Shown one piece after another: positions 1 to 8,260 of a stretch of 64,000 bases of DNA. The position numbers and the translations under genes were made by a program. This stretch comes from a candidate division CPR2 bacterium GW2011_GWC2_39_35 (lineage in GTDB: Bacteria > Patescibacteriota > CPR2): positions 31,563 through 95,562 of the forward strand of contig LBWX01000001.1 in the NCBI GenBank assembly GCA_000995065.1, in the 5' to 3' direction. The first letter of the stretch is position 1; every line of letters starts with the position of its first letter. The notes under the pieces are model-generated. The model searched no databases. It was not told the DNA's origin and was given only the letters and a program-made list of their open reading frames with translations.

Positions 1-116
1 GCCCCTTTAGAGTGCGAGAGTTCTTTGGGGACGTAAGTAATTGTTTCGGTAGTAGAGTTATAGGCAAATCGTTTACCAGGAACGCAAACGTAATCCTTAA
101 ATATATCTTCGTACAT
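1..116 (-). CDS. hypothetical protein, N-terminal fragment; gene starts at 116 and runs leftward out of the window
   Basis: ATG at 116-114 (minus) with GGGGGG Shine-Dalgarno-like run upstream; open frame to window edge (MYEDIFKDYVCVPGKRFAYN...). Confidence 0.25.
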   Translation of the reverse strand, partial: MYEDIFKDYVCVPGKRFAYNSTTETITYVPKELSHSKG

Positions 117-283
117 GTCCCCCCTTAACATTCGTTATTTGATATGATCGGTATGTTTATTTTATTTTTTTTATAAACGAAGTCAATATTGTTTTAGAAA
201 TTTTTGTAACTATTAACAAAAATAACAACAAATATTCCAAAATATTTAGATTTGTAACCGAAAGAGAGTACGAGCTCTACTTG

Positions 284-1114
284 TTAATTTGCATCTAAAT
301 TAATGTAAGTTAAATATTTTTGCGTTGTGATGAGGTTTTTGTGTCCCGCAACTGTTGCGATTTCTTCAATACTTGCGCCGCTTTTCAGTTTATTGATGCA
401 GAAGGTGTGTCTTAGGTCGAATAGTGTTGCATTATTAATTTCTGCTTTTAAAAAATACCTGTTTATTTGACGTCTTAGATTACGGATGTTTAAAGGGATA
501 CCCGATGCTGAGACGAATAGATTTGCTTCCGACGATTTTGGTCTTACGGCGAGATACTTAAGGAGATTTTTTAGTGATAAATCTTCGAGCGGAATAGTCC
601 TGTCCTTTAGAACCAGACTGCCCTTGTTTTCAGTTAGAAGAAAATCAGTCATTTTTAAGTTAATGACTTCGCCAACCTTAATGCCTGAATAGAGCAGCAG
701 ATATACAATAGCAAGAGACCTTAAGTCGTTTTTTATTAGGTCTCTAAGTTTACTTATTTCTTCTTCTGTAAGCAGTCTCAATTCCGTACATTCTTTAGGC
801 GTCGAGTTGCTCGAAATATAATGGATAGAGACATTATATTTTTCTGATAAGTAGTCCAAAAAATTATTTACAGCAGACTTTTTACTATTAAGGCTTTTAG
901 TGCTATACCCTTCTTTGCTTAAATGCACCATGAAAAGCTCTGTGGATCTTTCTGAAATCGTAAATAAATCCTTATGCAAACCCCAAAAATAACAAAATTG
1001 CCTGACGGTATTTTCATAGCTCCTTGCGGTTGTTTGACTGAGTGTTTGGTTTCGAAGATGGCGTATATAATTTTCTAGTATTTCGGCGACTGTATCCATC
1101 GCTTCATTATACAT
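284..1114 (-). CDS. tyrosine site-specific recombinase (XerC/XerD / phage-integrase family)
   Basis: C-terminal catalytic region LRHTF..GHKNLITTQKYLTY (R-H-x-x-R...Y motif arrangement), N-terminal SAM-like domain; 276 aa. Confidence 0.85.
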   Translation of the reverse strand: MYNEAMDTVAEILENYIRHLRNQTLSQTTARSYENTVRQFCYFWGLHKDLFTISERSTELFMVHLSKEGYSTKSLNSKKSAVNNFLDYLSEKYNVSIHYISSNSTPKECTELRLLTEEEISKLRDLIKNDLRSLAIVYLLLYSGIKVGEVINLKMTDFLLTENKGSLVLKDRTIPLEDLSLKNLLKYLAVRPKSSEANLFVSASGIPLNIRNLRRQINRYFLKAEINNATLFDLRHTFCINKLKSGASIEEIATVAGHKNLITTQKYLTYINLDAN

Positions 1115-1199
1115 AATTATAAAGCACTGTCAAAAGGTTAGAATGAAACCCTAAAAAATATATCAAATGCATGCCAAACCCGATAAAATCATATTCTCA

Positions 1200-1228
1200 T
1201 TGACAAAAAAGGGTTTTTCGGCTATACT
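1200..1228 (+). promoter_or_regulatory. sigma70-like promoter TTGACA-17bp-TATACT reading rightward into a ~260-nt leader before ORF 1489
   Basis: exact TTGACA (1200-1205), 17-nt spacer, TATACT (1223-1228). Confidence 0.5.
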
Positions 1229-1488
1229 TAGATAAAGTACTTTTTAAGTTAAATTTTTTCTAATAAGAATGTTAGCGACTCGCTAATTGGCGTAAAACCC
1301 GTTAGCTTGTTGACTAGCATTCCTATTTGAGAGAGTTTAAGGGACTTGTTGCGCTATAGTATCGATCAGATAATAATTTAGTGATAAACTAATTTGGCAG
1401 AACACGTTTTGCCAAACAAATTTGTAAAAATAATGAATGTAATTTAAGCGCAGTCATATAAAATTACAATTAACTATAGGGAGAATCT

Positions 1489-2010
1489 ATGACTCCAACA
1501 TTAAGAAACATACTTATTCCGATTTTAATCATAATCGCTTTTGTTGGGATTGCTTTAGGAGTAGCTAATTATAGAAAGCAGGTAGAGCAAACAAAAAGCA
1601 CAGAGGATCAAGCACAAGTTGCGCCGGAGTTAACTATTACTTCTCCCGAAGATCAGGAAAAAATTTCCGGAAGTGATGTTACTGTAAAGGGTGAAACTGA
1701 CCCTCAGAATAAGGTTAGCGTTAATAATAATGAGATCGCGGTTGGACAGGACGGATTTTTTGAGACCGTTGTGCCTCTTATGGATAAAGAAAATAGAATT
1801 ACTGTAGAATCGACTGATAAGAATGGTAACAAAACCTCAATTGAGAGGGTTGTCATTAAGGAAGTAGCCGTGGCTGCAGATCGGCCTGCAGAGTTAAGTC
1901 AGGCTGGGCCAGAAACTTGGATTGCTCTATTTATGACTTTAACTCTTGTTGCTTATTTGCTAAAAAGGTTCTCAGGGCAGAGCGTTGACTCCAGCTTAAA
2001 GAAATTCTAA
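1489..2010 (+). CDS. bitopic membrane protein with N-terminal TM anchor, Ig-like extracytoplasmic segment and C-terminal TM helix followed by a basic tail
   Basis: AGGGAG SD then ATG; hydrophobic N-term (ILIPILIIIAFVGIALGV), beta-rich middle, C-term ...AGPETW-IALFMTLTLVAYLL-KRF. Confidence 0.55.
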   Translation: MTPTLRNILIPILIIIAFVGIALGVANYRKQVEQTKSTEDQAQVAPELTITSPEDQEKISGSDVTVKGETDPQNKVSVNNNEIAVGQDGFFETVVPLMDKENRITVESTDKNGNKTSIERVVIKEVAVAADRPAELSQAGPETWIALFMTLTLVAYLLKRFSGQSVDSSLKKF

Positions 2011-2028
2011 AAATCTAGCTAATAGCGA

Positions 2029-2067
2029 ATAACCGGTCTTAATTGCAATTAAGACCGGTTATTTTTG
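2029..2067. terminator. perfect 15-bp palindromic hairpin (AACCGGTCTTAATTG/CAATTAAGACCGGTT) followed by ATTTTT; likely bidirectional terminator
   Basis: inverted repeat read directly; 18 nt downstream of ORF 1489..2010 stop. Confidence 0.6.
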
Positions 2068-2137
2068 AGATAAAATCATTGTTTTGTCGGATATAAACAT
2101 CTATCACAGTAAGACTCAATCTGATAAAATATTTTTT

Positions 2138-2887
2138 ATGGCAAAATACTATATTGGCACATCGGGCTGGGCATATAAGCATTGGAAAGATATTTTTTAT
2201 CCAAATGAAATGCCTCAAAGCCACTGGCTTGAGTTTTATTCAAAATACTTTAATACGGTTGAAGTAAACTCAAGCTTTTATCGGCAGCCAACGCAAAAGA
2301 CTATAAATAAGTGGGTGGATTCTGTTCCGACGAATTTTCAGTTTTCTGTCAAACTAAATCGGTATGTTACTCATTTGAAGAAACTTAGTTTGGAAAAAGA
2401 CGATTTGCTTGGGTTAATAAATCCATTTTATGATTTTGGCATAAAAATGGGACCAGTCTTAATTCAACTCCCGCCTTTTTATAAGGCGAATAGCGAGGTT
2501 TTGGTGAGGTTTTTAAAATCTCTGCCATCACATCATAAATATGCTTTTGAGCCAAGACATGAGAGCTGGTTCTCTCCTCAAATAGTAAGAATTTTAAGGG
2601 ATCATAATATTGCTCTCGTGATTGCAGATTCCTCCAAATTTCCGATCTTAGAGACGCAAACTGCGGATTTTGGCTATATTCGATTTCACGGTCTTAATCT
2701 ATATGAATCTATGTATAACGAAGATGATTTGGAAAAGTGGGCCGTAAAAATCAAAAAATGGTCAAAGAAATGGCAGGAAGTATACATCTATTTTAATAAC
2801 GATGCCCAAGGACACGCCGTCAAAAATGCGTTAGATTTAAAGCAGATTTTAGGGGTATCCTATGGCAAGAATAGCAGTAGTAGCTGA
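2138..2887 (+). CDS. DUF72 (YecE/UPF0759) family protein
   Basis: N-terminal MAKYYIGTSGWAYKHW..FYP hallmark of DUF72; track ORF starts 2084 but family-typical start is the Met at 2138. Confidence 0.8.
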   Translation: MAKYYIGTSGWAYKHWKDIFYPNEMPQSHWLEFYSKYFNTVEVNSSFYRQPTQKTINKWVDSVPTNFQFSVKLNRYVTHLKKLSLEKDDLLGLINPFYDFGIKMGPVLIQLPPFYKANSEVLVRFLKSLPSHHKYAFEPRHESWFSPQIVRILRDHNIALVIADSSKFPILETQTADFGYIRFHGLNLYESMYNEDDLEKWAVKIKKWSKKWQEVYIYFNNDAQGHAVKNALDLKQILGVSYGKNSSSS

Positions 2888-3599
2888 TCTCCATGTGCAC
2901 GAACAGTCTAAAGGTTATATAAAGAAGCTTTTTTTGCGTCGCGACATCAATAAAGAGGCGGATATTTTGCTTATTGGGGGAGATCTCACCCAAAACGGCA
3001 AAATAAGAGAAGCGGAGATATTACTAGAGGAATTAAAAGTTGTGAAAATTCCCATTTATGCAGTTCTTGGAAATCACGATTATCAGCTAAATAAGAAAGA
3101 TAAAATTATCGAGGTTTTAAAAGATAAGGTTTTGGTGCTGGATGGAGATGGGATTGATATTGAAATCAAGGGTTTTAAAGTTGGCATCGCCGGTGTCAAA
3201 GGGTTTTGTGGCGGATTCGAACCTCATGTTGCCCAGGCGTATGGCGAAAAAGCATTAAAAGATTTTGTTTTCGCCGGCGATAGAGAAGCGGAAAAATTGG
3301 ACGAGGCTTTAAGTGAGCTCGAATCTGACGTTAAAATTGCTCTTCTTCATTATTCACCCGTTAAAGAAACAATAATAGGCGAGTTTCCGGAAATTTTTGC
3401 ATTCCTAGGCAGTAAGAAACTTTCTGTGCCTCTTGATTATCACAAAGTTTCCATAGCGTTTCATGGTCATGCGCATCACGGTACAATTATCGGGAAAACA
3501 GATGGCGGGATCGAGGTTCATAATGCAACTAGGATTTTGTATCATAATAACTATATCGTATTTGAGTTGAAGGAAGGCAAATGGATCAGAAAGTTTTAG
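2862..3599 (+). CDS. calcineurin-like metallophosphoesterase
   Basis: IAVVADLHVHE, GGDLTQNG, GNHDY, HGHAHH metal-binding motif series. Confidence 0.8.
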   Translation: MARIAVVADLHVHEQSKGYIKKLFLRRDINKEADILLIGGDLTQNGKIREAEILLEELKVVKIPIYAVLGNHDYQLNKKDKIIEVLKDKVLVLDGDGIDIEIKGFKVGIAGVKGFCGGFEPHVAQAYGEKALKDFVFAGDREAEKLDEALSELESDVKIALLHYSPVKETIIGEFPEIFAFLGSKKLSVPLDYHKVSIAFHGHAHHGTIIGKTDGGIEVHNATRILYHNNYIVFELKEGKWIRKF

Positions 3600-4192
3600 A
3601 CCTCTTAGACGCAACGATAAAAGCTGTAAAGGAAGCCAACATTAATTACATGATTGGTGGCGGCCTTGCCCTTATTCATTATGGAATGCTTAGGGAGACG
3701 CACGACTTGGACATATTTGTAAAACAGGAAGACGCGGAAAAGTTGATAAAAGGCTTTGAAAAACAAGGGATGTTAACTAAGCTCACTGATAAAAGATGGC
3801 TTTATCAAGCGACTTTAGGAAAGGGTTTGCTCGAATTTAAGAAAAACAACACGATAGATGTCATCTTCCAAAATGACACCGAGATTAAAATAGGTGATAG
3901 GTTTTTACTCCGGGCACAGAAAGTTAAGTTTCATGATAGACAGTTTAACGTAATATCTGTCGAAGATCTGGTTTTATTTAAGGCTCATAGTCAAAAAGAA
4001 TGGATAAAAAATCATTGGCGAGACGGAGTTTGGCTTATAAATAATCATATTTTAGAATTCAATTGGGATTATTTTTTGAGTTTGCCGGAAGCGTATTCCA
4101 GAAAGGTACTTGGTTTTTTGCTGATGGTTGATTCTGTAAGACAGGAAGTTCCTTTTAGAGTAATTAAACAAATATCAGATAAAGTATTATAA
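3581..4192 (+). CDS. nucleotidyltransferase-fold (minimal NTase/MNT-like) protein
   Basis: GGGLALIHYGMLRETHDLDIFV matches G[GS]-x(9-13)-D-x-D NTase signature; overlaps preceding gene by 19 nt (operon). Confidence 0.5.
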   Translation: MDQKVLDLLDATIKAVKEANINYMIGGGLALIHYGMLRETHDLDIFVKQEDAEKLIKGFEKQGMLTKLTDKRWLYQATLGKGLLEFKKNNTIDVIFQNDTEIKIGDRFLLRAQKVKFHDRQFNVISVEDLVLFKAHSQKEWIKNHWRDGVWLINNHILEFNWDYFLSLPEAYSRKVLGFLLMVDSVRQEVPFRVIKQISDKVL

Positions 4193-4198
4193 TATCCT

Positions 4199-4238
4199 TA
4201 AGGAATAAGGAATAAGGAATAAGGAATAAGGAATAAGG
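4199..4238 (+). repeat. (AGGAATA)x5 perfect tandem heptamer array ending in AGG directly abutting the ATG at 4239
   Basis: read directly: ccttAAGGAATAAGGAATAAGGAATAAGGAATAAGGAATAAGGatg. Confidence 0.9.
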
Positions 4239-4721
4239 ATGGCCTTAAACGAATACAATAAGAAAAGAGATTTTAGTAAAACCGGGGAGCCGAAGGGCGC
4301 CAAATATCATATATCCAGGATGAGATTTGTGGTTCAGGAGCATGAGGCAACTCATCATCATTTTGATTTTCGGTTGGAACTGCCGGAGGATATATTTGAA
4401 AATCCCCATGATCCGCGAGGGTATATTGTTCTTAAAAGCTGGGCTATACCAAAATATGTTCCGGACAAAAAAGGCGAGAAGAAGCTGGCCGTGGCAACCG
4501 AAGATCATCCCGTAGAATATTGCGATTTTGAAGGCACGATTCCCGAAGGCGAGTATGGGGCAGGGATTGTTAAAATATGGGATAAAGGAAGCTTTGAAAT
4601 AATTAGTAATGAGGCAAAGACTCTAAAAGTGCGCCTTAAAGGAAATAAACTAAATGGCGATTGGGTGCTTATAAACACGCGTTTTTCCAAGGAAAATCAG
4701 TGGCTTATTTTTCGGGCTTAG
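4239..4721 (+). CDS. stand-alone DNA ligase D 3'-phosphoesterase (LigD PE) domain protein
   Basis: KRDFSKTGEP...RFVVQEHEATHHHFDFRLE ... EDHPVEYCDFEGTIPEGEYGAGIVKIWDKG, the LigD PE signature blocks; 160 aa with no ligase/polymerase domains. Confidence 0.75.
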   Translation: MALNEYNKKRDFSKTGEPKGAKYHISRMRFVVQEHEATHHHFDFRLELPEDIFENPHDPRGYIVLKSWAIPKYVPDKKGEKKLAVATEDHPVEYCDFEGTIPEGEYGAGIVKIWDKGSFEIISNEAKTLKVRLKGNKLNGDWVLINTRFSKENQWLIFRA

Positions 4722-4743
4722 TAATTCTGACCCACCCTCACTT

Positions 4744-4823
4744 CCGTCATCTCAAACTTGTTTCAGGATCCTGTCTGATCACGAAAGGGATCCTGAAACA
4801 AGTTTGAGATGACGGGTTTTTGT
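4744..4823 (+). terminator. rho-independent terminator: perfect 28-bp stem (CCGTCATCTCAAACTTGTTTCAGGATCC / GGATCCTGAAACAAGTTTGAGATGACGG), 16-nt loop, then GTTTTTGT; also a member of a dispersed palindromic repeat family
   Basis: inverted repeat read directly 23 nt after the stop of 4239..4721; outer CACCCTCAC/GTGAGGGTG arms extend it. Confidence 0.65.
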
Positions 4824-4937
4824 AGGCTCTTTTGAAAAAGTGAGGGTGATTCAGTTAGGATTCAGTTAATTCTTTACAAAAGCGAAAAAATGTGGTAAAT
4901 TTGGATGGTCAAATCTTTTTAAGGAGGTTTTTAGTTT

Positions 4938-6065
4938 ATGCCAAAAACAGAAAATGCGTTGACGATGGCAGATCTCATGGCTGAGGCCCAAGTAAAGGCT
5001 CTTGCTGCTGGAGATATCGTTGAAGGCGAAATAATTAGTAAAACAAGAAATGAAGTTTGGGTAGACATACCCGGATTTGGTACCGGTGTTATTGCCGGTC
5101 GAGAGCTACAAGAAAACTCATCTATTATTTCTGACCTAAAAATCGGTGATAAGGTAATGGCATCCATTATCGAACCCGAGATGGAAGAAGGATGTGCTCT
5201 TTTATCTCTTAGAAAAGCTGCAAAAGATAGAGTTTGGGATCGGCTAGAAGAAAAGAAAAGCAAAGAAGAAAAATTAATGGTTAAGGCTTGCGATGCAAAT
5301 AAGGGCGGACTATTAATTGAAGTTGACGGTGTCCGAGGTTTTCTTCCGGTTTCGCAGTTGGCTCCCGAGCATTATCCGAGAGTGTCCGGCGGAGATAAGG
5401 ACGAAATCCTAATCAAATTAAACTCGCTCGTAAATAGGCCCTTAGAAGTCATTATTCTTGATGTGGATAAAAAGGAGAATAAATTAATATTTTCCGAGAA
5501 GATCGCTCAAAAAGAAGTCACCAAGAGCATCCTCTCTAATTTTGAAATCGGACAAATTGTAAAAGGAAAAGTTACCGGCGTTGTTGATTTCGGTATTTTT
5601 ATGAATGTTGCCGGAGTAGAAGGTCTGGTACATATCTCAGAGATTTCGTGGGACAGAGTGGAAGATGTTAGAGGGCACGTTAAGGTTGGTGAAGATATAG
5701 AAGCAAAGATCATTGGTATCGAAAAAGATAAAATTTCTCTAAGCTTAAAACAGCTTAGCCAAGATCCCTGGAAAGAAGCCATAAAAGATTTTAGCATTAA
5801 CGATTTAGTTGATGGTAAAGTAACCAGAGTTACTCCTTTTGGAGCCTTTGTTCAGATTCATAATAGTATAGAAGCTTTGGTTCATATTACGGAATTATCT
5901 GATGAACCAATTAACGCTCCGGCTGACGTTGTTAAAGTCGGCGAGTCTTATAAGTTTAAAATAATTTCTATCGAGCCTAATGGCCGGAAATTAGCCTTAA
6001 GCTTAAAATCCGCTCTTAAAGAAAAGAAAGAAGAAAAACCTAAAAAGGTTAAAAAGGAAGTTTAA
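4938..6065 (+). CDS. rpsA: 30S ribosomal protein S1 (short form, ~4 S1 domains)
   Basis: repeated S1-domain pattern (GxV.G.V..i..fG.FV.i..g.eGL.HiSei), AAGGAGG SD; 375 aa. Confidence 0.85.
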   Translation: MPKTENALTMADLMAEAQVKALAAGDIVEGEIISKTRNEVWVDIPGFGTGVIAGRELQENSSIISDLKIGDKVMASIIEPEMEEGCALLSLRKAAKDRVWDRLEEKKSKEEKLMVKACDANKGGLLIEVDGVRGFLPVSQLAPEHYPRVSGGDKDEILIKLNSLVNRPLEVIILDVDKKENKLIFSEKIAQKEVTKSILSNFEIGQIVKGKVTGVVDFGIFMNVAGVEGLVHISEISWDRVEDVRGHVKVGEDIEAKIIGIEKDKISLSLKQLSQDPWKEAIKDFSINDLVDGKVTRVTPFGAFVQIHNSIEALVHITELSDEPINAPADVVKVGESYKFKIISIEPNGRKLALSLKSALKEKKEEKPKKVKKEV

Positions 6066-6164
6066 TGGGACGTCTTAAAGTGTCTTAAGGCTTAAAGACC
6101 CGGATATTATATAATAATGCGTCTCTTAAGATTTTAAAGAGGCGCTTTATTATTAAAGGAGGCT

Positions 6165-7928
6165 ATGTTGTCAGAAGAGTTAAAAATAGAAATTGGTGAA
6201 GTTGTTACTGTCGGTGAACTGGCGGGAAAGCTTAATGTTCCGGTTAGTAAGGTTATTGGCGAACTAATGAAAAACGGCATAATGGCCACCATAAATGAAA
6301 ACATTGATTTTGAAACAGCGCAAATTATCGGCGAATATTTAGGATTTAACATTGATAGGGAGAGACAAGAAACTGTTAAAGAGGTTGTAGAGAAAAAGAC
6401 TAAATCTTCGGGAAAACTTGTCTCTAGACCGCCAATCGTGGCGGTTATGGGTCATGTTGACCACGGCAAAACAACCTTGCTTGACGCTATTAGAGAGAGT
6501 CGGGTGGCCCAGAAAGAAGCAGGCGGAATTACGCAGCATATTGGCGCCTATCAGGTAGAAAAAAATGGTAAAACGATTACTTTTTTGGACACGCCAGGAC
6601 ATGCTGCTTTCGAAAGTATGAGGGCTCGCGGTGCCGAAGTTACTGACATTGCTATTATCGTAGTGGCGGCGAATGATGGTATAAAACCGCAAACCAGCGA
6701 AGCGATAGACCATGCTAAAAGAGCTAATGTGCCCATGATCGTTGCAATTAACAAAATTGATTTGCCGGAAGCAAATATCGATAGAGTAAAACAGCAATTG
6801 ACTGAAATTGGTCTAATTCCAGAAGATTGGGGCGGCGACGTTATTACCATTCCAGTCTCAGCAAAAGATGGCAAAGGACTGGACGATCTCTTAGAGATGG
6901 TTTTGCTTGTTTCGGGAATCCATAACTTCGAGGCTGAAAAAGGCGGCGAGGCCACCGGTGTAATTATTGAGTCTCATATGGCGGTTGGAAAAGGACCGGT
7001 CGCTACCGTACTTGTCAAAAATGGTACTCTTAAAGTTAGTGATACGATTCAGGCCGGGGCAACATATGGAAAAGTAAAAATCATGGAAGACTATAAAGGA
7101 AAAAGGATAAAAGAAGCAGGTCCGTCAACGCCGGTTAGAATCTCAGGTTTAAAGGCAATTGCCGCGGCCGGAGATATTGTTCAGGTTTTTGCCGATGAAA
7201 GAATGTCGAAGGATCAAGCATTTATTTTTCAAAGGCAACAATCAAGTAAAAAAATATCGGAAGTAAAAAAGCTCGGTCTTGCGGAACTTACAGCTTCGTA
7301 TGAAGCCGGAATGACAAAGGATTTAAATATCATTTTAAAGGCCGATGTTAAGGGTTCGCTTGATGCCATAAAAGAGTCATTAGGTAAGTTTAAAACCCCT
7401 GAAGTGCAGGTAAAGATAATCAGTGAGGGCGTGGGCCTAATAAACGAGTCCGATATTATGATGGCTAAAACCTCAAATGCGCTCGTTATCGGATTTAATG
7501 TGCCTTTAAGCGCCACCATAAATCAGCTGTCGATAAGAGAAAAAGTAAAGGTATTGGGTTACCAAGTTATTTACGAACTCCTAGATGACATCAGAAATGC
7601 TTTAGAATCACTGTTGCCGCCGCTTATTACAGAAGTTACGGTTGGCAAGCTAGAAATCCTAAAAATCTTTAAAACTGCAAAAGGACACATTATCGCTGGA
7701 GGTAAAGTAACTTCCGGAAAACTCGAGAAGGGATTGGAAGTAAAAATTATAAGAAATGCCGAGGAAGAAGGCAAAGGAAAAATTAATTCCGTTAAAAGAG
7801 AAAAAGACGAGGTTAAAGAGTGCGGCATTGGAATGGAATGCGGTTTGAGTATCGAGACCAATGTAAAACTTATGGAAAAAGATATTATAGAAGCATTTAT
7901 ATTAGAGGAGACTAAACGGCACTTATGA
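6165..7928 (+). CDS. infB: translation initiation factor IF-2
   Basis: GHVDHGKTTLLD G1 motif, DTPGH, NKID, C-terminal IF-2 domains; SD AAGGAGG. Confidence 0.9.
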   Translation: MLSEELKIEIGEVVTVGELAGKLNVPVSKVIGELMKNGIMATINENIDFETAQIIGEYLGFNIDRERQETVKEVVEKKTKSSGKLVSRPPIVAVMGHVDHGKTTLLDAIRESRVAQKEAGGITQHIGAYQVEKNGKTITFLDTPGHAAFESMRARGAEVTDIAIIVVAANDGIKPQTSEAIDHAKRANVPMIVAINKIDLPEANIDRVKQQLTEIGLIPEDWGGDVITIPVSAKDGKGLDDLLEMVLLVSGIHNFEAEKGGEATGVIIESHMAVGKGPVATVLVKNGTLKVSDTIQAGATYGKVKIMEDYKGKRIKEAGPSTPVRISGLKAIAAAGDIVQVFADERMSKDQAFIFQRQQSSKKISEVKKLGLAELTASYEAGMTKDLNIILKADVKGSLDAIKESLGKFKTPEVQVKIISEGVGLINESDIMMAKTSNALVIGFNVPLSATINQLSIREKVKVLGYQVIYELLDDIRNALESLLPPLITEVTVGKLEILKIFKTAKGHIIAGGKVTSGKLEKGLEVKIIRNAEEEGKGKINSVKREKDEVKECGIGMECGLSIETNVKLMEKDIIEAFILEETKRHL

Positions 7929-8260
7929 CCGACAGGCACATCAAAGTTCAAGAATTAATAAAAGAAGAGATATCAAAGCTTATCCTGAGGGAAAAGATTG
8001 AAGGTACTATTTTGACAGTCACCGGTGTCGATGTCAGTCCGGATTATAAAAACGCAACGGTCTGGATTAGTGTTTTAGGCGGAAATGCCGAAGTATCGAT
8101 TAAAGAGCTATCTAAGAAGCTTCCCGAATTCCAATCCGTCATAAATAAAAGGCTATCGCTAAAGATTGTGCCAAAGCTTACGTTAAGAGAAGATCATTCA
8201 GCCGAGTATGCTGAAAAAATTGAGAAGCTATTTAAGAAAATAAAAAATGAAGACGATTGA
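7925..8260 (+). CDS. rbfA: ribosome-binding factor A
   Basis: size (111 aa), KVQELIKEEISKLILRE.. RbfA-like N-terminus, conserved position after infB, overlapping start. Confidence 0.8.
   Translation: MTDRHIKVQELIKEEISKLILREKIEGTILTVTGVDVSPDYKNATVWISVLGGNAEVSIKELSKKLPEFQSVINKRLSLKIVPKLTLREDHSAEYAEKIEKLFKKIKNEDD

Noticed and set aside
486-692. 68-aa + strand ORF inside the recombinase gene
   Set aside because: Antisense to a well-supported recombinase CDS, with no RBS and no homology signal; typical spurious shadow ORF.
284-1114. tRNA-adjacent integration site for the recombinase
   Set aside because: No tRNA or tmRNA gene within 1 kb of the recombinase. The only tRNA-like sequence is ~51 kb away, so a classic tRNA-targeting island cannot be asserted.
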